DNA of 64,000 nt, from contig JBHLMQ010000012.1 in the NCBI GenBank assembly GCA_048938005.1, positions 12,038 to 76,037 on the forward strand, in the 5' to 3' direction. The translations under genes were made by a program, and so were the position numbers. This stretch comes from Promethearchaeota archaeon (lineage in GTDB: Archaea; Asgardarchaeota; Lokiarchaeia; Sigyniarchaeales; SOKP01). The notes under the pieces were generated by a model. It made no database searches, was not told the DNA's origin, and saw only the letters and a program-made list of their open reading frames with translations. This document shows positions 48,315 through 57,906 of this stretch, piece by piece. The stretch's first letter is position 1. The number at the start of each line of letters is the position of its first letter.

Positions 48315-49703
48315 TTAAAAATTTATTATATTTCCTTCCATATCATTAGGAATATTTACTCCTAGAATTTTCAGAGATGTTGGAGCAATATCTAAAATGC
48401 TTTTAATTCCTAAATTTTTTCCTATCTTTTTTATAGGATCATAAATAACATAAATCCCAAACCAATCGTGTACGGCATCATCAGGACCAGTATCATTTTC
48501 GTCTAAATACATTGAGTCATACCCAACTGTCCCTGCGGATCTCCAATTTAGATCATCAAAATAAACAAATAAATCTGGTGGGTCTCCCCTTATAACTTTA
48601 AATAATTCCTCAGGTTTAAAGATTTTTGTGTTCATTGAATTACCATTATTATCTTTTATGGATTTTAGTTTTTCAATGATTTGATCTCTTACTTCCTCAT
48701 ACTTTTCTTGTTTAATAATCCCATGAGGCTCTCTTCCTTCGATATTAAGAAATATTCTAGCATAATAACCACCCCACCCCCATGCATAAGTATTATCCCA
48801 ATCAACATCAGCATCTGCTAATCTTGTTTTAGGTTTTGGTTTGGTTTTAAATTTTAGTAATCCTAAATTTTCAAGTGCCATATTGACACACACTAATCCT
48901 TTCATTGCTTTAGCACCATGGTCTGACACAATCATCATAATTGTATTTTCATCCACTAAATCCAATATCTCTCCAATTTTTTTATCTAAATATTGATAAT
49001 ATTTTCTCATTTCTCCTTCAAATTTATTTCCCGGTTCATATTTATGGTGACTTTTATCATAGAATTTCCAAAATGCATGGTGGAATCTATCTAAACCAAT
49101 AATTACAAAATTAAAATAATCCCACTCCTTATTTCGCATAATATATTTAACTGTTTTTAATTGAACTTTTGTCATTTCGTAAATCTCTTTCAATAAAACA
49201 TTTTTATCTTCCACTCTAAAGTTAACATCTATGATATAATCTCCTACATTTTCTTTAATTTCTTCTTTTAATTCTCGAGGATATGTATAATCTGAGGTTA
49301 TATCGGGAGTAATGAAACCAGAAACTAGACACCCATTAATTGGTTGAACAGGATAGGTTGGGGGAATTCCTACTATGCAAGATCTTAAACCATTTCTCGA
49401 AATTATGTCCCATACTTTTGGATCTTTAATATTATAAGACGTAGCAATCCAAAAATCATCATATGAATTTCCTTTTCTATGTCTAAATCCATATAATCCT
49501 AATGTTCCAGCTTTCTTACCAGTAGACATCACCATCCAAGCAGGAATGGTAATTGGTGGATCACATGATCTCAATTTTCCATAAACACCATATTCTACCA
49601 TCTTTTTTATGTTAGGGCAATCATCTAAGAAATCTTCAAACAATGTTTTGGGTGTTGCACAATCTAATCCTATGATAACTAATTTTTTTTTATTTTTATT
49701 CAT
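48315..49703 (-). CDS. Alkaline-phosphatase-superfamily phosphodiesterase/nucleotide pyrophosphatase-like protein (COG3379 type), located between sat and cysC
   Basis: VIIGLDCATP, PPITIPAWMVMSTG (Thr nucleophile region), VSDHGA. Confidence 0.7.
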   Translation of the reverse strand: MNKNKKKLVIIGLDCATPKTLFEDFLDDCPNIKKMVEYGVYGKLRSCDPPITIPAWMVMSTGKKAGTLGLYGFRHRKGNSYDDFWIATSYNIKDPKVWDIISRNGLRSCIVGIPPTYPVQPINGCLVSGFITPDITSDYTYPRELKEEIKENVGDYIIDVNFRVEDKNVLLKEIYEMTKVQLKTVKYIMRNKEWDYFNFVIIGLDRFHHAFWKFYDKSHHKYEPGNKFEGEMRKYYQYLDKKIGEILDLVDENTIMMIVSDHGAKAMKGLVCVNMALENLGLLKFKTKPKPKTRLADADVDWDNTYAWGWGGYYARIFLNIEGREPHGIIKQEKYEEVRDQIIEKLKSIKDNNGNSMNTKIFKPEELFKVIRGDPPDLFVYFDDLNWRSAGTVGYDSMYLDENDTGPDDAVHDWFGIYVIYDPIKKIGKNLGIKSILDIAPTSLKILGVNIPNDMEGNIINF

Positions 49704-49747
49704 GATTTATTTTATCTTGCATTTCTATTGATAAATAAAAATTTTAC

Positions 49748-50896
49748 TTAGGAAACAAATGGATTTTGATACTCTAGAATAACTTCTGCTACCTCTGGAC
49801 GCATAACTTCGGGATCTGGGGCTTTTCCTGATTGTAATGTATTACGAATTTCCCTTCCAGCAAAGTAATTCTGCATCTCTGGAGGATGAGGACAAATTTT
49901 ATCATTAACTATTGAATTACATTTGCTGCATTTTGAAAATGATCTGAATTTTATTGGTTCTATTCCTAAATCTGGAAAATAATCAAAAATCTCATGAGCA
50001 TCATATGGTCCATAATAATTACCTACACCTGCATGATCTCTGCCTATAATTATGTGATCACATCCAAAGTTTTTTCTTGCTATTGCATGAAAAATTGCCT
50101 CTTTAGGTCCCGCATATCTCATTTCAGTTTCAAATGTACTTAAAACTACCCTATCTTTTGGATAGTATTCTTTTATCAGAACTTGATATGTACGTATAAT
50201 AACCTCATCTAAAAAATCCCCAATTTTCTTCTTACCAATTACAGGATTTATAAAAAGCCCATCTACATAGGTTAAACCTGCTTTTTGTACATATTCATGG
50301 CCTAAATGAGGTGGATTTCTTGTTTGAAAAGCTACAACTTTGTTCCACTTTTTTTCTTTAAAAAGAACTCTTGTTTCTATTGGTTTAAGGTCCAATTCCG
50401 GAAAAACTGATTTAGGTTCATTTATTAAAAAAATCTCACCTCCAACTAGTTTATCTTTCATTTTGAAAACTGAACTAACACCCGGATGGTTATTATCAAG
50501 TGTGCCATACACTTTTTCTGCTAATTCCTTTTTATCATAATCATATATCTCTTCAACTGCCATCAGAGCAATTATGGTTTCTTCTGAATCAACCAACAGC
50601 ACTCTGTCATCAGTGCTAAAAGATCTCGCCTTTTCTTCAGTAATATCCAACACTATAGGAATTGGCCATGCTAAATTGTTCTCCAAATACATATGTTCTA
50701 AAACATATTTATAATCATTCTTATTCATAAATCCTTCCAAAGGGCTGAAGACTCCATGTGCAATATTTTTAATCACCTTTACAGTTGGTTGATTTACTGA
50801 TATTTTTTCAAATTCATGTATTTCATCTAAAATTCTATTTTTTTCAATTTTTGGTAATTCCTTATTTATTAAACTACCACCATGAGGCTGAATCAT
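49748..50896 (-). CDS. sat: Sulfate adenylyltransferase (ATP sulfurylase)
   Basis: FQTRNPPHLGHEY, IIGRDHAGVG, and PUA-like N-terminal domain. Confidence 0.9.
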   Translation of the reverse strand: MIQPHGGSLINKELPKIEKNRILDEIHEFEKISVNQPTVKVIKNIAHGVFSPLEGFMNKNDYKYVLEHMYLENNLAWPIPIVLDITEEKARSFSTDDRVLLVDSEETIIALMAVEEIYDYDKKELAEKVYGTLDNNHPGVSSVFKMKDKLVGGEIFLINEPKSVFPELDLKPIETRVLFKEKKWNKVVAFQTRNPPHLGHEYVQKAGLTYVDGLFINPVIGKKKIGDFLDEVIIRTYQVLIKEYYPKDRVVLSTFETEMRYAGPKEAIFHAIARKNFGCDHIIIGRDHAGVGNYYGPYDAHEIFDYFPDLGIEPIKFRSFSKCSKCNSIVNDKICPHPPEMQNYFAGREIRNTLQSGKAPDPEVMRPEVAEVILEYQNPFVS

Positions 50897-50950
50897 CTTT
50901 ATATACTCCGATTATTTATTAAAATTCTATATATTATTACTACTTGTTTT

Positions 50951-51190
50951 TCAATCGATATAACCTAAATCTCTAAGGCGTTGTTTAACTTTTTCTTCTT
51001 CTTCCTTAGTAAATGCTTGCTTGGATCGCTCATCTTCCTCTATGGAAGATATTACTTGTCTAAGTACATATGTCACATAACTAGAAACAGATGAAAACCC
51101 AGTTCCTTTCATACGTTGCTTAATCTTTTCCACAAGGGGTTTAGGTATTGAAACTGTAGTGTATTCAACTTTTAGGTCATCTTCTGACAT
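50951..51190 (-). CDS. Ribbon-helix-helix (CopG-like) DNA-binding protein upstream of the sat operon
   Basis: The beta-strand plus helix pattern YTTVSIPKPLVEKIKQRMKGTGFSSVSSYVTYVLRQV. Length 79 aa. Confidence 0.55.
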   Translation of the reverse strand: MSEDDLKVEYTTVSIPKPLVEKIKQRMKGTGFSSVSSYVTYVLRQVISSIEEDERSKQAFTKEEEEKVKQRLRDLGYID

Positions 51191-51727
51191 AAGCTTTACC
51201 TAAAATTTATTTAAATTATTATAATTAAATTTAATGGTATATAATTAAAAATAATTAAAAAAGCTTTTTAAAAATTCTGCTTTGGATTTTACATCTTAAA
51301 TTAAACTTATTTGGTATTTTTTATTTATTTTATTTAATTATTATTAGTGTTATAATTCATTTTGGAATTAAACTAAAAATTTTGTACGAAAAGCTCTTTA
51401 GCATTACAGCTTGCTAGTTTAGGATATAAAATCACAGGAATTGATCAAAAAAAAGGTTAAAGATTTTCTTTCAGAGAAGTAATTTTCTAATAAAGTTTCT
51501 TTAAATTTTATCTATAAATTTAGAAATTAAGATTCTGATATTTCTGTTGATTTTTTGTCCTTCAATATTATAATCAAAAGCTCCAAATAATGTAATTAAT
51601 AAATTTAAAGCGATTAAATAATCTATTTAACGTAATCTGTTTTAAAATGATAATTTTTTCATCAATTAGTATTTTAAAGTATTTAATATTCATTAAAATG
51701 TTATTTAGATATCAAAATTTCTAAAAG

Positions 51728-52630
51728 ATGAGTAAAACATTGAATCTTAAAAGCATTAAAACACTTTTAAAAAAGATAAAAAACCCATTAACTTTTCGGA
51801 ATGCTCTTCTATATAAATTCTGTTCATTTTTATACCGTAAAAACAACGGTTTCTATATTTTTAATGAATCATGGGACAATTTAATCATCTTGGATGCATG
51901 TAGATATGATGTTTTTAAAGAGCAATATTTAAAAAGAAATATGAAAGGGGAGCTATTTAAAAAAGTTTCAAGAGGAGCTCATACAATCTCTTTTCTTTTT
52001 GAAAATTTCACAAAGAATTATTATGATGATATTATATATATAACAGCTAATCCTTATGTTAATAAATTTCTCAAAGGTAAATTTTATAAGATTATTTCAG
52101 TATGGAAAGACAATTGGGATGAAAAACATCACACAGTTTTACCAGAAACTATGTATGATTATGCTATTAAGACTTTATTAAAGTATCCTAATAAAAAATA
52201 TATAATCCATTTCATGCAACCACATTTTCCATATATTGGTTATAAATTAGAAAAGAATATTCCGAATAAATCTTTTTTTTCGTTATATGCTGCAGAAATA
52301 TATACTCATATAGAATATTATACTCATATTAAAATTTATAAAAAAAATTTACAAATAGCCCTAACTTATATTGAAAAGCTTATCAATGTATTACCAGGTA
52401 TAACCATAGTTTCTGCGGATCATGGAGAAGCATTTAAAGAAAAATTACATACATTAATACCATTCACATTTTCTGGTCATAGAAGAGGAATTCGTATGCC
52501 CTCTTTAGTAAATGTTCCCTGGCTTATAATTAGACCAGAAGAAAAAGATCATAGCATCAGAAATAACTTATTAGAAGAATTTATAATTTCAGATCAAGTA
52601 AATAAACTAAAAAATAAGAAAGTTATTTAA
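51728..52630 (+). CDS. Small alkaline-phosphatase-superfamily (sulfatase-fold) protein
   Basis: LIILDACRYD (metal Asp), GAHTISF (possible Thr nucleophile), VSADHGEAF. Confidence 0.5.
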   Translation: MSKTLNLKSIKTLLKKIKNPLTFRNALLYKFCSFLYRKNNGFYIFNESWDNLIILDACRYDVFKEQYLKRNMKGELFKKVSRGAHTISFLFENFTKNYYDDIIYITANPYVNKFLKGKFYKIISVWKDNWDEKHHTVLPETMYDYAIKTLLKYPNKKYIIHFMQPHFPYIGYKLEKNIPNKSFFSLYAAEIYTHIEYYTHIKIYKKNLQIALTYIEKLINVLPGITIVSADHGEAFKEKLHTLIPFTFSGHRRGIRMPSLVNVPWLIIRPEEKDHSIRNNLLEEFIISDQVNKLKNKKVI

Positions 52631-52693
52631 GCCTTTAATTTAATTATTTAACTCAAACTAATTTTAACTCTATTCTTGCTAAATACTTTTATT

Positions 52694-53538
52694 TTATTGA
52701 ATTGATCTTATTTTTTGGAGACAAAAAGTTAAAAAAGTAAAATCAAAATTAAATCTTTTCCATTTAACTGCTTTTTCTTGGCAATTTAGATCAATTTCTG
52801 GATCAAATAATTTAAATCCTTTAAGGTATACTTTTTTTAATAATTTGCTTAATGCTTCCCTATTATAAACATAAACAGGTTTATGATATGCGATCAAGCC
52901 TCTAGTATCCACATCCTCTTCCCAGTAGTCTGTAGATGTAATTAAGAGATCGTCTTTTTTTAAAATTCTGTTCATTTCATTAAAATATTGGTCTTCATTT
53001 ACATCATGCTCAATTACACCGATGCAGGTTATAATATTGAATCAATTATCCGGAAAGGGAGATTTTGTTAAATTTCCAGGAAAAAAATTAATTTTACCTA
53101 TTCTAAATCTTTTTTTATAAGTTAAATTTATACAATATAGATTATAATAACCAAATTGATACAACCAATTAAGTATAAGAGAGGATTTTATTCCTCCAGC
53201 GTCTAAAATTTTTACTGATTTATTTGAATTCTTAAGAATTATATCTAAAGCGATTAATGAATCCCAATTTTTCGCTAAACTATTGGGATGAAGATTTAAA
53301 TTAGACTTATGAATAATTTCTATTGATTTATAGATGTCTTTTTTTGTTTTTAATGTGGTGTTTCTCCAAGTTACAGATTTTGGTATTTTAGGCGAAAAAG
53401 TATAGCTCTTTAGGATTTTTAAAGAGTTTTTATAAACAAAATGAGATTCTAATAACTTATTTTATATTTTATATAATTTACAATTGAATTACGAACGATT
53501 GGGGAACTAATTTTTTTAATTATTTTTCTTAACTTCAT
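52694..53538 (-). pseudogene. Class I SAM-dependent methyltransferase disrupted by an in-frame TGA and an N-terminal frameshift
   Basis: My minus-strand translation gives MKLRKIIKKISSPIVRNSIVNYIKYKISY*. After a frame change it continues ...KILDAGGIKSSLILNWL...FPGNLTKSPFPDN*FNIITCIGVIEHDVNEDQYFNEMNRILKKDDLLITST.... The TGA is at complement 53042-53044. Track ORF 52694..52975 is only the C-terminal piece. Confidence 0.65.
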
Positions 53539-53703
53539 CACAAGAATGTAAGATTTCATTTTTTAAATTCTTATATATAGTAAAATTTTTATTTAAGATT
53601 ATCAAGAAAAGTTATTTGATTATTTTAGATTACTTTCTATAAAGATTAATTAAACTAGTCAAACTATATTAAATAATTCGAATATTAAGAAAATTTAAAT
53701 ATT

Positions 53704-54462
53704 ATGGTCATAATCTCTCATAAGCATAAATTTATATATATCAAAACAAGAAAGACAGCAAGTACATCTCTTCAAGTCTTATTAGCAAATTATTGTGGAA
53801 AAGAAGATATTATTACCCCAATAAAAGATCCTTCAACAGAAGATGGTATTCTATATAATAAAAAAGCAAAAAATTATAGAGGTCTTCTAAGTTATTTATT
53901 CCTTCTTAAATACAGGTTTTTAAATTTTGTTTCTACAACAAATCATAAAGTTTTTTTTAATAAAATCAAAAATTTCCTTGTAAATAGGCATTATTTAGAG
54001 AATTTAAAAGGATTTTTCAGTAATTTCACTAGTCATATGAGTGCTAGAAAAGTGAAAATGAAAGTGGGTGAAGGTTTATGGAATAAATATTTTAAATTTA
54101 CTTTTGAAAGAAATCCTTGGGATAAATTAGTTTCATTTTATATGCATCGTAAACCAGGGATACCATTTGATGATTGGGTTCGAACAGTGAAATTAAGTCC
54201 TTATAGTCAACCTCTTAATTATCCGTTATATACTATAAATGGAAAAATAGTTTTAAATTTTATAGGAACCTATGAAAACTTGGAAAAAGATTTAAAATTA
54301 ATATTTAATACATTAAAACTTCCTTTAAAAGAACTCCCTTCTGAGAGAACTAATTATCGAAAGGAAAAATCTAATTATAGAAAATATTATAATAACCAAT
54401 CTAAAAAAATTGTAGAAAGAAATTATAATAAAGAGATAAAATTATTTGGATATACATTTTAA
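53704..54462 (+). CDS. PAPS-dependent carbohydrate-type sulfotransferase (Sulfotransfer_2-like)
   Basis: The 5'-PSB motif is IKTRKTASTSL and the 3'-PB motif is ERNPWDKLVSFY. These compare with the CHST-type P-K-x-x-x-T-S and R-x-P-x-x-R-L-V-S-x-Y patterns. Confidence 0.7.
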   Translation: MVIISHKHKFIYIKTRKTASTSLQVLLANYCGKEDIITPIKDPSTEDGILYNKKAKNYRGLLSYLFLLKYRFLNFVSTTNHKVFFNKIKNFLVNRHYLENLKGFFSNFTSHMSARKVKMKVGEGLWNKYFKFTFERNPWDKLVSFYMHRKPGIPFDDWVRTVKLSPYSQPLNYPLYTINGKIVLNFIGTYENLEKDLKLIFNTLKLPLKELPSERTNYRKEKSNYRKYYNNQSKKIVERNYNKEIKLFGYTF

Positions 54463-54652
54463 TAATAATTTATTTTTTTAATAAAACATATAGAGATTTA
54501 GTGCTGTTTTTTTTTATGAAAATGTTGTCAAAGGAACACTTTCCATAAATATTTTCTTAAAAACAAAATTTGTATAATAAAATCCTTAATTCCTTATTTA
54601 TGAATTTTCCAAATTTATATTTTTTCTAATAAATATTTAGGATAATATTATA

Positions 54653-56338
54653 TTAATCTCGTATAATTTTTTTAAGAAATCTTAACATTTTTCTAATTAT
54701 TTTATGGAGAAATGTATCTTTTTCAAAAAATCTTTCTATACTCTCAACATCAGACTTTGAGAAAATCTTAAAAATATAATTTAAGAATAAAAAGGTTAAC
54801 AAGAAAGTCATCAAAGAGAAAAAATTAAGATTTTGAAATATTAATAAATTTAAAGCTTCAAGCACCATATAATTGATTTGACTTAAATATAAAATTTCCA
54901 GAATTATAGCAAATCCTAATGAGATAAAAAAGATTATATATTGAAGAAATGACTTTTTTATATTTAATTTAATATTAAAGATCTTGAAATTTAATATTGC
55001 AATTAAAATAAAGTAAATAACATTTGCGATAAAAAGAGCAATAATAGCTCCAATTAATCCATATAGAATTAAACCTAACAAGAAAGCAGGCATTTTTATT
55101 AATGCTGACATTAAGGAAATTGGAATGATATATTTATATTTAGGACTGGATCTAAGCATACTAAAGAAGAGGCTATTTTGAACGCTAAAAATTATTGTAA
55201 TTATCATTAACTTTAATATTATTGAAAATTTTAGGAAACTTTTTCCATAAATAATTCGTAGGAAAAAATCGATAAAAAAATATACTATCCCAGTTATTAT
55301 CAAAATTAAAAAAGTAAAATAGTAAAATGCAATCTTAAAAAATTTTTTAAGTTGTTCTTTTTGATCCTTAGCATATAAACTTGAAAAACTTATAATTAAC
55401 GGGCTATTTAACGATTTAACACTCTCAAGAGATATGTTTCGATAGTGGACCGAAATATTATAACCTGTGACCATTTCAAGACTCTCAAAATATCCAACAC
55501 TCTGAATTCTAAATTCATTAAATGTGCTATCAATAAAACTCTGAAAACTTAATTGATATCCATAAGCATATAAATTTTTAAGAATTTCCTTAAATTTTAA
55601 TGGTATTTCTGAAGTTTTTTTAATCTTAAAATTTAAAACAAAGAAGAGGATGATGATATTAATTACAAAAGGGATTAAATTTGCAAAAAGTGATATATAA
55701 GCAATAAAACTTACCTCAATGACTCCATCAAAAAAGAATAAAAATATTAAACCTACAGTATATATTAAATATCTTATCGCAACCATAATAAATACAGTTT
55801 TAAACATGTTTAGTGGTCGAAAAATATTAAGAAGAATTTTATCAATTCCAAGGATTAAAATAAGTGGTGATAATATAAAAAAGAGATATGAATAATTACC
55901 CAAATTAATATTAAATATTCCAGTAAAAAATAGATATATAAGAATTGCAATAATAAAAACGACAAGGACAAAAAACAATCTAATAATTAACGAATATTTA
56001 ATAAATGATTTCAATTTATTATTTTGATTTAATGTTATAAATCGGGGTAAATAATAATGATAAGTAGGTCCCACACTAGGAGGAAAGAAATTTAAAATAA
56101 GTATAAAGATATTTACATAAGATTGAGAAATTATTAAAAGCCCCCATAAACTTTTGGAAATCAATCTTGCTGTAAAAAAAGAAGTTACTAATGAAAAAAA
56201 AATTACAGTATAACTATTTAAGAAGTTATAAAATGAATTCTTAGCTAATTTTCTATACTCATTCTTTAATTCTTTTTTTTGATTTAACTTATTCTTATTC
56301 TTATTATTATTATTCATTTTATTAGTAGTAATTAACAA
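54653..56338 (-). CDS. MOP-superfamily polysaccharide flippase (Wzx-like), second copy
   Basis: 561 aa with about 14 hydrophobic segments, in a glycan-cluster context. Confidence 0.6.
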   Translation of the reverse strand: MLITTNKMNNNNKNKNKLNQKKELKNEYRKLAKNSFYNFLNSYTVIFFSLVTSFFTARLISKSLWGLLIISQSYVNIFILILNFFPPSVGPTYHYYLPRFITLNQNNKLKSFIKYSLIIRLFFVLVVFIIAILIYLFFTGIFNINLGNYSYLFFILSPLILILGIDKILLNIFRPLNMFKTVFIMVAIRYLIYTVGLIFLFFFDGVIEVSFIAYISLFANLIPFVINIIILFFVLNFKIKKTSEIPLKFKEILKNLYAYGYQLSFQSFIDSTFNEFRIQSVGYFESLEMVTGYNISVHYRNISLESVKSLNSPLIISFSSLYAKDQKEQLKKFFKIAFYYFTFLILIITGIVYFFIDFFLRIIYGKSFLKFSIILKLMIITIIFSVQNSLFFSMLRSSPKYKYIIPISLMSALIKMPAFLLGLILYGLIGAIIALFIANVIYFILIAILNFKIFNIKLNIKKSFLQYIIFFISLGFAIILEILYLSQINYMVLEALNLLIFQNLNFFSLMTFLLTFLFLNYIFKIFSKSDVESIERFFEKDTFLHKIIRKMLRFLKKIIRD

Positions 56339-56603
56339 TTCTATTTGTCTAATTATTTCTTATAAATTTTTTTTTAGTATTTTAATTTTGATATTTATTA
56401 TGATATTCGTTTAAGATGTCTTTAATTTCATATTAACCATTAGAAGATTCTTAAAAACGATGAAATTTATTTTTTATTAAAAATTACTCATATGAATGGC
56501 TGTATATGAATATTGCTTACATTAATTTAATCAATTAGAAAAAAAGTCAAGCTTAAAATTTATATAAAAAGATATATTTAATATTGTTTTAAGGTTAAGT
56601 AAA

Positions 56604-57683
56604 ATGTACAATATTTTAGTAGCAATTCCAGATCCAAACAAAACACCACAAAAAGATTATTATTTGATTAATCTGGAAAAAAGCCTAATAGAAAAAAATA
56701 TTAAACTAATATACCTTCACAAAAGTTACAAAATAATTCCAATATCTAGGAATCTGATAGCGAGTAAAGCCAGATTAATTCATTTTCACTGGATCAAAAA
56801 TTTTACAAATTTTTCTCTTCATAAATTTAAAATGATTGAGAGTTCCCTCAAATTTTTTCTGGATCTTGTACTAGTAAAATATATCTTAAGGAGAAAAGTT
56901 TTATGGACAGTTCATAACATCCTCAGCCATGAATTAATTTATCCTAAATTTGAAATTTTAATACGAAAATTGTTTGTTCAATTTGTAGATCATTTTCTTG
57001 TTCATTGTGAGTCTGCAAAAAAAATTCTTGTAAAGGAATATGGTATAAGAAAAAAAAGAATTTCTGTAATACCCCATGGTAATTATATAAATAATTACCA
57101 TAATCAAATCTCAAAGAAAGAAGCCAGAAGATTATTAGATCTAGATAATAAGGACTTTATTTTTTTATATTTTGGAAGAATACGACCTCATAAAGATATA
57201 GAACTTTTAGTACAAGCTTTTAAACAACTAAAACATTTTAATCGAATTAAATTAATGGTAATTGGAAATCCAATAAAAACATATAAAGAAAGAATCACAA
57301 AATTGTTAAAAAATGTTCCAAATATTCTCTACAAGTTAGAATTTATTCCAGATAATGAAATTCAGGTATATATGAATGCAGCTGATGTAGTAACCCTTCC
57401 ATATAAACGAATCTTAACCTCTGGGGAAGCTCTATTAGCAATGACTTTTAAGAAGCCTATAATAGCCCCATTACTAGGATGTTTGAATGATATTTTAGAT
57501 AATGACAATGCTTTTCTTTATAAGGCTGGAGATATGAATGATCTTAAAAAAAAATTAGAGGAAGCAATAATTAATAAATATAAATTATCTAAAATGGCAA
57601 TAAATAGTCTAAATAAGGCAAAAAAATACGATTGGGATAGTATAGGAAAAAAAGTCAAAAAAGTATATAGATTATTAATCTAG
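56604..57683 (+). CDS. GT4 glycosyltransferase
   Basis: FLYFGRIRPHKDIELLVQAF, MVIGNP, TSGEALLAMTFKKPIIAP. Confidence 0.7.
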   Translation: MYNILVAIPDPNKTPQKDYYLINLEKSLIEKNIKLIYLHKSYKIIPISRNLIASKARLIHFHWIKNFTNFSLHKFKMIESSLKFFLDLVLVKYILRRKVLWTVHNILSHELIYPKFEILIRKLFVQFVDHFLVHCESAKKILVKEYGIRKKRISVIPHGNYINNYHNQISKKEARRLLDLDNKDFIFLYFGRIRPHKDIELLVQAFKQLKHFNRIKLMVIGNPIKTYKERITKLLKNVPNILYKLEFIPDNEIQVYMNAADVVTLPYKRILTSGEALLAMTFKKPIIAPLLGCLNDILDNDNAFLYKAGDMNDLKKKLEEAIINKYKLSKMAINSLNKAKKYDWDSIGKKVKKVYRLLI

Positions 57684-57817
57684 ATGATCCTATATAATGA
57701 ATATTTAATAAGAATCAAAATTTTCATTAAATATTTTATTTTTCTTTCAGAACTAATATTAACTCTTTTTGATCCTCAGATTTTATAATATCATAGAGTC
57801 GGTTCTGAGGTGAGCGT

Positions 57818-57859
57818 TAAAATTTCAGATAAATATAAATATAAAATTTCAGATAAATA
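57818..57859. repeat. Exact 18-nt direct repeat (taaaatttcagataaata) x2 with 24-nt spacing, upstream of the GT2 synthase gene
   Basis: Copies lie at 57818-57835 and 57842-57859. A third degenerate copy (aaaatcacagatttt) follows. A 7-bp inverted repeat cctcaga/tctgagg lies at 57774-57780 and 57804-57810. Confidence 0.6.
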
Positions 57860-57906
57860 AATAAAAATCACAGATTTTTATTGATAAAATTAGTTTATAA
57901 ATAGAT

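Noticed and set aside
50951-51190. The RHH protein could be the antitoxin of a toxin-antitoxin pair.
   Set aside because: No adjacent small toxin ORF (RelE/ParE/VapC-like) exists on either side. The gene is co-directional with and directly upstream of sat, which fits a transcriptional regulator better.
52694-52975. The track ORF of 93 aa could be an independent small gene.
   Set aside because: It is the post-motif-II C-terminal part (MNRILKKDDLLITS...) of the disrupted methyltransferase, whose upstream motifs continue in the same frame beyond a TGA.
53042-53044. The in-frame TGA in the methyltransferase could be a selenocysteine or read-through codon.
   Set aside because: The aligned position is a variable, non-catalytic residue of the LPFPDxSFD block. 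TGA terminates several well-supported genes in this window. The same gene also has an N-terminal frameshift, and no SECIS-like structure was evident. A pseudogene is the simpler explanation.
54463-54652. An oligo-T run (tgctgttttttttt, around 54503-54516) after the sulfotransferase gene could be an archaeal terminator shared by the convergent genes.
   Set aside because: It is plausible, but T-runs are frequent throughout this AT-rich window, so the call cannot be supported above background from sequence alone.
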